DNA from: a virus
Lineage: Duplodnaviria; Caudoviricetes
Strand: one strand, 5' to 3'
IMG/VR virus record: IMGVR_UViG_3300029305_003192
Length of the DNA stretch: 64,000 bases
Below, one piece after another: positions 57,511 through 64,000 of the stretch (position 1 is its first letter; each line of letters begins with the position of its first letter). Under the pieces are notes generated by a model, which had not been told where the DNA came from, made no database searches, and saw only the letters and a list, made by a program, of their open reading frames with translations. The translations under genes were made by a program, and so were the position numbers.

Positions 57511-58467
57511 TTATATGATATTGGAGTTCCCCCGATATTTATATGATATTGGTATATACTCTTTAGATAATCTAGATATATTATCGAGAATACATGTGTC
57601 ATCAACCAGTTCGGGAATATATCTATCGATACGCAAACGTGCATTCTCGGCATATTCCGACGTGTGATATATTAGTCCGTACACGTCATATATTCCACGA
57701 ATATTGTGGAATAATGGGAAATTCATTACCCACGGATACCTATTAATATCAACACCGATAACAAATCTCAATAGTTGCTTCTCATTCACTGTTAGTAAAT
57801 TAGGAAGGTGTCTTGCAGCATCCGACCAGATATCTGATAAATACTTGGAGCCTATCAGCATATTAAATGCAGTAGTACCGCACATATTCGATATTAACAT
57901 ATCATGTCTAGGGCCTTCTTTTGGAATTATGCGATCCATATTGGTAATATGACTGATGTATGCATATACCCTCTGCAAACTACAGTATGTTGCATATACT
58001 GCATGTATTACATTATTATATATCTCAGTATTCTCAGATACGGCAAATGTATTATATCCTATATCGCAGTAATGCATCAACACTGTATTGATAAATCGAA
58101 ATATAATGTCATAATCATTCTGGTTACTACATTTATCCAGTAACGGGATCAGTTTTCCGATAGATAAGAAGCTAGTCGGAATCTCACAATTCCATAATAT
58201 GATAGTAGCACCTGCCTCTTCTATATTCATGAGATTGATTCCATGCATCATAATGGCAAATACGAAATCGTCGTAATACTTTTGGGCCGGTGCCACCGAA
58301 TTCCTAATGTTCAGATTACTGATTCTTCTAATGAGGTTTTCATGGGCCATACTACCTCCGTAACAATTATACCCTATACTGAATGATACATGTTTATGAG
58401 CACACACTAACGATAAAAGAACTCTCAGATTATTATATTCAGGATGGTTCTTCCCATAATATTCCAT
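57511..58467 (-). CDS. Hypothetical protein
   Basis: 318 aa; SD GGAGG. Confidence 0.75.
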   Translation of the reverse strand: MEYYGKNHPEYNNLRVLLSLVCAHKHVSFSIGYNCYGGSMAHENLIRRISNLNIRNSVAPAQKYYDDFVFAIMMHGINLMNIEEAGATIILWNCEIPTSFLSIGKLIPLLDKCSNQNDYDIIFRFINTVLMHYCDIGYNTFAVSENTEIYNNVIHAVYATYCSLQRVYAYISHITNMDRIIPKEGPRHDMLISNMCGTTAFNMLIGSKYLSDIWSDAARHLPNLLTVNEKQLLRFVIGVDINRYPWVMNFPLFHNIRGIYDVYGLIYHTSEYAENARLRIDRYIPELVDDTCILDNISRLSKEYIPISYKYRGNSNII

Positions 58468-58470
58468 AAA

Positions 58471-59304
58471 TTAATCCTCCTCCATTATTTCCCATTCAGC
58501 TGCATGCATTTCTAGGTCTGTCATTAGATAATCTTCAGTATCCATCATCCTGAATACCTTGACCAGCTTGTCTTCGAAGCCCAGGCATCTAGTATTATAA
58601 CTGCTGCGAATCCAACAGGATTCGTCATAATCACCGTAGTTTTCAATTACTGTCAGTATTATATATCTAACACCGTCGACGATATTGTAGCTAAATACCA
58701 CTTTTCGGCATTCGTCCTCAGTAGTATCGAAGTCGTTGAATTTGCCTTCCCATATAAACTCTACTTTATCGAGGAGTGTTAAAAGGTCTAAGCTAGTAGC
58801 CTCTTTAACTTTAAGGGCCCAGTATCCATCCTTTCCACCATAATAAAAGGGCGGTTTGGTGGTAATATTGGGTAGGGAGTCCACGAAGTCTGTCATATAT
58901 TTGAGGGCACGAAGTTGCTCTTCAAACGTATTCCATCTTAAATAGAATGCGAGTCCCATCCATTCACCGGTCCATGCGAGAATACATGGTTCGATACCGT
59001 TATCTTTTGCATGTTCGGTCGCCGATACGAACCTATCAATCACAGTGAATGGTTCGGCCATTGACTTAACATCAAACGCGATATATACATCATCGCCATC
59101 CTTGAGGATTTCTGTTGTGCGTGTAACGTGCCCGGAACAGCACGCCTTAGTATCATAACCTTTCTCCCAAAGGGTTATGATTAATGGAACCATGAAATCA
59201 TCAATCTCAATGAGTTCCGCCGTCGTACAGTCGGTACGTGGGCAACGATTACCCACGTAACTATCTCTGTAGCTGCTCTTACAGTATTTACATACCTTGG
59301 CCAT
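58471..59304 (-). CDS. Hypothetical protein with Zn ribbon and KGY.T..CCSGH motif
   Basis: CKYC...CPRTDC, then IDD...I..L..KGYDTKACCSGH. Confidence 0.75.
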   Translation of the reverse strand: MAKVCKYCKSSYRDSYVGNRCPRTDCTTAELIEIDDFMVPLIITLWEKGYDTKACCSGHVTRTTEILKDGDDVYIAFDVKSMAEPFTVIDRFVSATEHAKDNGIEPCILAWTGEWMGLAFYLRWNTFEEQLRALKYMTDFVDSLPNITTKPPFYYGGKDGYWALKVKEATSLDLLTLLDKVEFIWEGKFNDFDTTEDECRKVVFSYNIVDGVRYIILTVIENYGDYDESCWIRSSYNTRCLGFEDKLVKVFRMMDTEDYLMTDLEMHAAEWEIMEED

Positions 59305-59307
59305 ATT

Positions 59308-60378
59308 TTATTTCTCCTTCCACTCATCTTCAAGGTAGTACTTCGTATCTACAGCAATCACGTTAGATTCCATAAATACCATGTAGCCTTTAGGGTTACA
59401 GTTAAATACCTTGACAATTTCCTTGACTGTTGCTGATACTATAGAAAGGCCATCCTGAGTCTGGAACTCTGGATTATAAAGAATCCTTGCAGAAAGCTTT
59501 ACGGCATCTTTGATATCGTTGGACATGATTTGCATCATTGTACGACTTTCACCAATCATACATGATACATATTCACTGCCGATGAATATAGTATCGCCTG
59601 GCAGTACTCCTAAGTAGTGCTGAACGAATACTTGATATGGAATCTTACCATTGAATTTGTCATAATTCTTCCACATAGCTGTCAGGGTAATTGTGGGGTC
59701 ATTGAGGTCTCCTGTTTTTGTAACCATATACGGTGCAGGATGTGACATGTAGATGTCATTACTATTATCCATAACCACGATAGTACCGGGTACAATGCCC
59801 CTGTCGGCAAGTCTTGTTGAGCCTACGAATCTCGATGCGTAAATTTCGCTCATTCTGATAGCGATATCATCAGTTGTAGGTATCGTTATCAGTGGTAATG
59901 GCGCTTCATTAAGCGCCGGATACATAATAACAGTTACTGCATCGACCGATTTATTTTCACCTACGAGAGCCTGACCCTCATATTCAATCTGCAGTTTCGG
60001 GAAGTCTGCATTGTCTTCATAGTCCTTAAATAAAGGAAACATGAGAAGTGAATACCTATCATGCTCTTCGTCGTAGAATAAGTAGTTTATCGTACGTGAT
60101 ACGTCAAGCTCCTGAATCTGCTCATCGTTTTCATTATAAAATGTGATGAATTGCAGCGATGGTCTGTCACTGTCATAATGCCACTGCATGCAGTCGACAT
60201 TGGATACGTGTGAGAAGAACTTACCACATGTGATGTATACACTCACGGGTTCTTCGAACTCGTGGCTGTATTCGAGGCATCTTTTGTAGCCCCTTTCAGT
60301 GTCAATATGTGTTGGGTTGTAATTGGGATGATGTGCAAGCATCATCCCTTCAATATAGTTTTGGAATTTCATATCCAT
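59308..60378 (-). CDS. Hypothetical protein, paralog of 60378..61568
   Basis: Shares GIVPG..(I/V)M and F...Y.GV with its neighbour. Confidence 0.8.
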   Translation of the reverse strand: MDMKFQNYIEGMMLAHHPNYNPTHIDTERGYKRCLEYSHEFEEPVSVYITCGKFFSHVSNVDCMQWHYDSDRPSLQFITFYNENDEQIQELDVSRTINYLFYDEEHDRYSLLMFPLFKDYEDNADFPKLQIEYEGQALVGENKSVDAVTVIMYPALNEAPLPLITIPTTDDIAIRMSEIYASRFVGSTRLADRGIVPGTIVVMDNSNDIYMSHPAPYMVTKTGDLNDPTITLTAMWKNYDKFNGKIPYQVFVQHYLGVLPGDTIFIGSEYVSCMIGESRTMMQIMSNDIKDAVKLSARILYNPEFQTQDGLSIVSATVKEIVKVFNCNPKGYMVFMESNVIAVDTKYYLEDEWKEK

Positions 60379-61568
60379 TATTCTTCATCCTCCTCTTCTT
60401 CCTCATCCTTTTTACCGAATAATTCCTCAAAGAAATTCGCTACGTTCATGCTACCTATCGTAGCGTTCATAATTGCGTTAATGTCTCCCTCTGTGATGTA
60501 ATAGTCTCCGGATGGTATTTCAAACAGAATCGATTTAAGTGGGAACTTCTTTCGAAGTGCTTCCACCATCGATTTAACAGCCGGTACTGTAGCAAGTTTT
60601 GGTTCGAAACGCTCGTTCATCAACTGCAACATCTCATCATAAGTATACCTAGGTATTGATAATGTGTCAAGGCTATATGCCATAACCATCCCATTCATGA
60701 AATATGTCATACGCTCCTTTATCGTATCGATAATTAATACACCCGAAGAATATACCCCGCGATATCTAACCCAGAACTCGGTAGGGTTCATTGTTAGAGT
60801 ATACGGTCCTGACTGTTCGTCAAACAACTGCAGTTTAATCTTTCCGTCAGGAGATGGGAAATTGTCAGATATCTCTGTTATCACAGCGAAGTCTCGCTCG
60901 ATATGTTCCCAGCCAATACAGTGATTCTTTGCCATCATTATAACAGCACCAGGGACTATACCCTCCTTACTATGATGGGAAGAATCCATATTTGCCTCGA
61001 TATATTCTCTCGAAGCCGATACCGATTTATTATCCTCAGCTTGTGCCAATGTATAATAGATTACGGGGGCTTTATCCTTAGCAATCTTCATATACACAGT
61101 GATCCTAGATGGTCCGTAATCTGTCTCATTAGGAGACATGATGAAACGTTCCTCTTTGTTAACCCAAATCATTGGGTATCTTTCGGCATCCTTTTCATCA
61201 ATCCCTGAACCGTCAAACCAGTTAGGGATTGTGTCCATCGTGATATGAACCATATCCAGTCCTTCACTATCAGGGCCAGGGAACGTTACATTCACGAATT
61301 GGTTCTGTATACAAATTGTCATAGGCCTATTACTAAGGTCCTTATCTGTCCATACCTCGATGCCTGCGATATTGCTTCTGATACATATTGCATAAGCCCG
61401 AACTGTCGTGATTGTCGAGCTGTGCTCAAGTACGAGCATACAGGGTTTCTCGGTACTTTCATACGCGATATACCCATTCATATCTTCAACAAATGCCTGC
61501 TTATTTCGTTCATCAGACAGTGGCTTAGCGTTGATGAATACTCTGTCAAGATATTTGATATCAATCAT
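60378..61568 (-). CDS. Hypothetical protein, paralog of 59308..60378
   Basis: 396 aa; SD GGAGGTG. Confidence 0.8.
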   Translation of the reverse strand: MIDIKYLDRVFINAKPLSDERNKQAFVEDMNGYIAYESTEKPCMLVLEHSSTITTVRAYAICIRSNIAGIEVWTDKDLSNRPMTICIQNQFVNVTFPGPDSEGLDMVHITMDTIPNWFDGSGIDEKDAERYPMIWVNKEERFIMSPNETDYGPSRITVYMKIAKDKAPVIYYTLAQAEDNKSVSASREYIEANMDSSHHSKEGIVPGAVIMMAKNHCIGWEHIERDFAVITEISDNFPSPDGKIKLQLFDEQSGPYTLTMNPTEFWVRYRGVYSSGVLIIDTIKERMTYFMNGMVMAYSLDTLSIPRYTYDEMLQLMNERFEPKLATVPAVKSMVEALRKKFPLKSILFEIPSGDYYITEGDINAIMNATIGSMNVANFFEELFGKKDEEEEEDEE

Positions 61569-61882
61569 GCCTGCTCACCTCCAAGCCATTCGTTATACAT
61601 ATTGTGTACCATACCATCTGTGAGGTTAAAGTGATACTGAGACATGCCCCAGTTATCATTCAGGGTAATTTCGAGAATCTCTCTGAAATCTCTGATATTA
61701 CTGATTACCACACCAGATTTTTCAAGTTCTGCTTCTGTGACGGAAGCATACACTTCACCATTCTTATACAGGTGAATGATTCCCTGACTTGGGGTAAGTC
61801 TGAAGTTTCTTACCACCGATACAAGATAGTAATCGCTACCGAGCATACACTGACCATTTTCGTATAATGTGATTTCTTTCAT
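61565..61882 (-). CDS. Hypothetical protein
   Basis: Probable start MKEITLY after GGAGG; early-type promoter at 61935. Confidence 0.7.
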   Translation of the reverse strand: MKEITLYENGQCMLGSDYYLVSVVRNFRLTPSQGIIHLYKNGEVYASVTEAELEKSGVVISNIRDFREILEITLNDNWGMSQYHFNLTDGMVHNMYNEWLGGEQA

Positions 61883-61995
61883 TTTACATTCCTCCGTATT
61901 TAAAATATATGCCAGTATGTATTCTGACATATAGATGATATATACTTTGGTCACTATATCGAAAACATCGTATTAAAACGGAGGTGATGGATCCC

Positions 61996-62070
61996 ATGGA
62001 TACTCTAATTATGAAGCATCCGCCCGAGACCTTGGAGGTGATCCGACACATCTACCAGAGAAATTGGTAA
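61996..62070 (+). CDS. 24-aa peptide in its own late unit (not in ORF track)
   Basis: AACA-N6-TA at 61964; SD GGAGGTG; MDTLIMKHPPETLEVIRHIYQRNW; terminator at 62091-62124. Confidence 0.55.
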   Translation: MDTLIMKHPPETLEVIRHIYQRNW

Positions 62071-62149
62071 CTCTGGTTGACTCCAACTTTACCCAGTAAG
62101 CTAAATATTCATAGCTTACTGGGTATTACTAAAAACAAAGAAAAAAATA

Positions 62150-62433
62150 CAAAATATAAAGGGGGTACGGTATCGTACCCCCAACTTGTTTGTACCACAT
62201 GCTACATGATACACTCCTTTCTGCCCCTTCTCGGGACTACAACGGTTTTATGGTATGGAAGACCGAGGTAACTTCCTTTAGTAGCAGATATAAATATATC
62301 CGGCTTGAGAGAGTTCCGAATGGAACGATAAGCTGCCGTTATGATATATTTATCTACCCCTCATTCAATTATACTATATATATGCACAATATTCCGATAT
62401 TACGGTCTAATCCCTGGCACATAGAAAATACCC
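62150..62433 (-). promoter_or_regulatory. Cassette copy 4: promoter, leader, SD, ATG-TAG and terminator (no cargo gene)
   Basis: ACCGTAATATCGG..TGCATATATATAG promoter; GGAAG/CTTCC and CGGT/ACCG leader; GCAGAAAGGAG; ATGTAG at 62207-62202; hairpin at 62161-62182. Confidence 0.65.
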
Positions 62434-62459
62434 AGATAACCATATGGTTATCTGGGTAT
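62428..62459. terminator. Perfect 32-bp palindrome after the chaperonin gene
   Basis: ATACCCAGATAACCATATGGTTATCTGGGTAT; related to 722-753. Confidence 0.7.
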
Positions 62460-62462
62460 AAA

Positions 62463-64000
62463 TTACAGCAGTTTCGTAGTATGAACGCTGATAGGATTTT
62501 CAATTTTACTATTGACTGTGAGGGTCGGTAAACTGAGTCCTGTGAACCTCTCGAGTCCCTGCATGAATCCTGTCATCTGTGCTTCAGCATCCTCAATTCT
62601 GAGAGACTTCTGAATTTCCTTGTTAATCTTCTTATCATATCTCTTATTGATAGAGAGAAGCTGATTGGAAGAAAGGAGCATTGTGATGATACTTGTAGTT
62701 GCTCTGAGGATTTCACTATCAGTAGCAACGGAGTTGATAACTCCAGTACCAGCAGGTTCGAATTCTTCGGTGACGATATTGTAACCAAGATTCTTAGTTA
62801 CCGCATACTCAAATATAGCACACATGTCATATTTGAGCTCACGGAGTGCTGCATTTTTTTCATGGTCACAGAGACATCTGAAGAACGGATGCATGTGATT
62901 CTTAATTTCATTTCTTGATTCATCATCGATACCGTCCCATGTATATACTGTTGGGAGACATGGGTCATCTGCAAACTTATTGAGCATTACATCGATAGAT
63001 GTAAGCATGAATGCCTCTGCAATGTATCTGAGGATAGTATGGTTGATATAATCATCCGGTGTAGAATCCTCATTAGCTTCGATTGCTGTAACAAGGTCAA
63101 ATATAACGGACATAGTTTCGAGATTGAAGCCTCTGATATAACCGTTCTCATATGCCGAACGACATGCGAGTGTCGCGTCGAGCACAGCGTCTCTTGTGCA
63201 TCTCTTCTTGAGTTCGGAGTCTCCACCAACGAAGATTACGCCGGTATCACCGACGAACTTAACGAGTCTGAGGTGTGCCTCCATATAATCCTTCTCAAGT
63301 GTCTCTGCATGATGGAATACCTTTTCCTTAGCAGAGTTGAAGTCTTCCTTGAGTGCCGCAAGAGCCGCCTGATATGCAACTGTATCCTTTGAGTAATCTT
63401 CAAGAAGCAGATACTTTTCAGTAATAGTAAGTCTTGGGGCTCTACCGGCAGAACCTTCAATAATCGCGGATGGTTTCTGGCATTCCTGTGATGGGAACAT
63501 CATATGGAATTCATCGGAGTCTCCGTAATAATGCTCGTAGTTTTCGACCGTTTCATCAGATGCGTTCGTCTTAAGGAAGTTAAACATACGCACCTTTGTA
63601 TAGTTAACGATTTCAGAGCCAGTGAGAATAGCGAAGTCAGCAGCATAATCCTTGAGTGCCTTACTTGTAAGTGAAAGCTGGAAGAGCATTACTGAAAGTT
63701 CACCGGCATTTACAACCTTCTCAGCAGCACCCTTAATAGCAGAACCGAGAGCAGAAAGAATCTGGTCATCATAACTTGGTGCAAAGATGATAGCCTGAGA
63801 ATGTTCGCTGTTAGCCAGGTTGACGATATCATTGATAATGCTGTAGTGTTCGTTATACTTCACCATGTGGTCGAAGATGAAGACACGTGGATTACGAGTA
63901 TTTACGAACTCCTTATCGCCTCTGAGATAGAGAGGTGCCCAGAGCAGGTGACAGTCGAGTTTGTAACCTCTGTTAATTGTGTATGTAGTCTCATCAGTAT
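62463..64000 (-). CDS. groEL: GroEL-like phage chaperonin (5' truncated by window edge)
   Basis: Frame is open to the edge. GYKLD, NPRVFIFD, IFVGGDSEL...DAVLDATLACRSAYENG and GVINS...L..A.SI..MLLSS match the chaperonin apical and equatorial motifs. Confidence 0.88.
   Translation of the reverse strand, partial: TDETTYTINRGYKLDCHLLWAPLYLRGDKEFVNTRNPRVFIFDHMVKYNEHYSIINDIVNLANSEHSQAIIFAPSYDDQILSALGSAIKGAAEKVVNAGELSVMLFQLSLTSKALKDYAADFAILTGSEIVNYTKVRMFNFLKTNASDETVENYEHYYGDSDEFHMMFPSQECQKPSAIIEGSAGRAPRLTITEKYLLLEDYSKDTVAYQAALAALKEDFNSAKEKVFHHAETLEKDYMEAHLRLVKFVGDTGVIFVGGDSELKKRCTRDAVLDATLACRSAYENGYIRGFNLETMSVIFDLVTAIEANEDSTPDDYINHTILRYIAEAFMLTSIDVMLNKFADDPCLPTVYTWDGIDDESRNEIKNHMHPFFRCLCDHEKNAALRELKYDMCAIFEYAVTKNLGYNIVTEEFEPAGTGVINSVATDSEILRATTSIITMLLSSNQLLSINKRYDKKINKEIQKSLRIEDAEAQMTGFMQGLERFTGLSLPTLTVNSKIENPISVHTTKLL

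Noticed and set aside
1-64000. Stop-codon reassignment and tRNA genes
   Set aside because: TAA, TAG and TGA all end well-supported genes, coding density is high in code 11, and no complete cloverleaf was seen.

Overview
64 kb of a jumbo myophage genome of the phiKZ/AR9-like type (multisubunit phage RNA polymerases), in the standard genetic code. The host is probably a Firmicute: Shine-Dalgarno (SD) sites read AGAAAGGAGG. Recognisable genes: the 3' end of a beta-like RNAP subunit; two different beta'-like subunits (a 600-aa one split by an ORF-less group I intron at 32150-32526, and a ~956-aa DYDGD one behind a late-type promoter); primase; 5'-3' exonuclease; a PolB-palm-like protein; dCMP deaminase; a divergent ThyX-like protein; a kinase-like protein; GNATs; a GroEL-like chaperonin; a glucosaminidase; likely baseplate/tail and protease-processed head proteins; and many hypotheticals. 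Two promoter classes are visible: TATATAT(C/T/A)AT (early-type) and AACA-N6-TA (AR9-type late). The most unusual content is non-coding. (1) Four dispersed minus-strand expression cassettes share an extended promoter and a pseudoknot+hairpin leader, three end in a terminator with an invariant 18-nt loop, they carry unrelated cargo ORFs, and one is empty (ATG-TAG). (2) A ~1.6 kb densely base-paired plus-strand region is a candidate giant ncRNA. (3) Several promoter-to-terminator ORF-less structured RNAs of ~130-560 nt, some exposing anti-SD sequence. All product calls come from motif recognition by eye; no database search was run.
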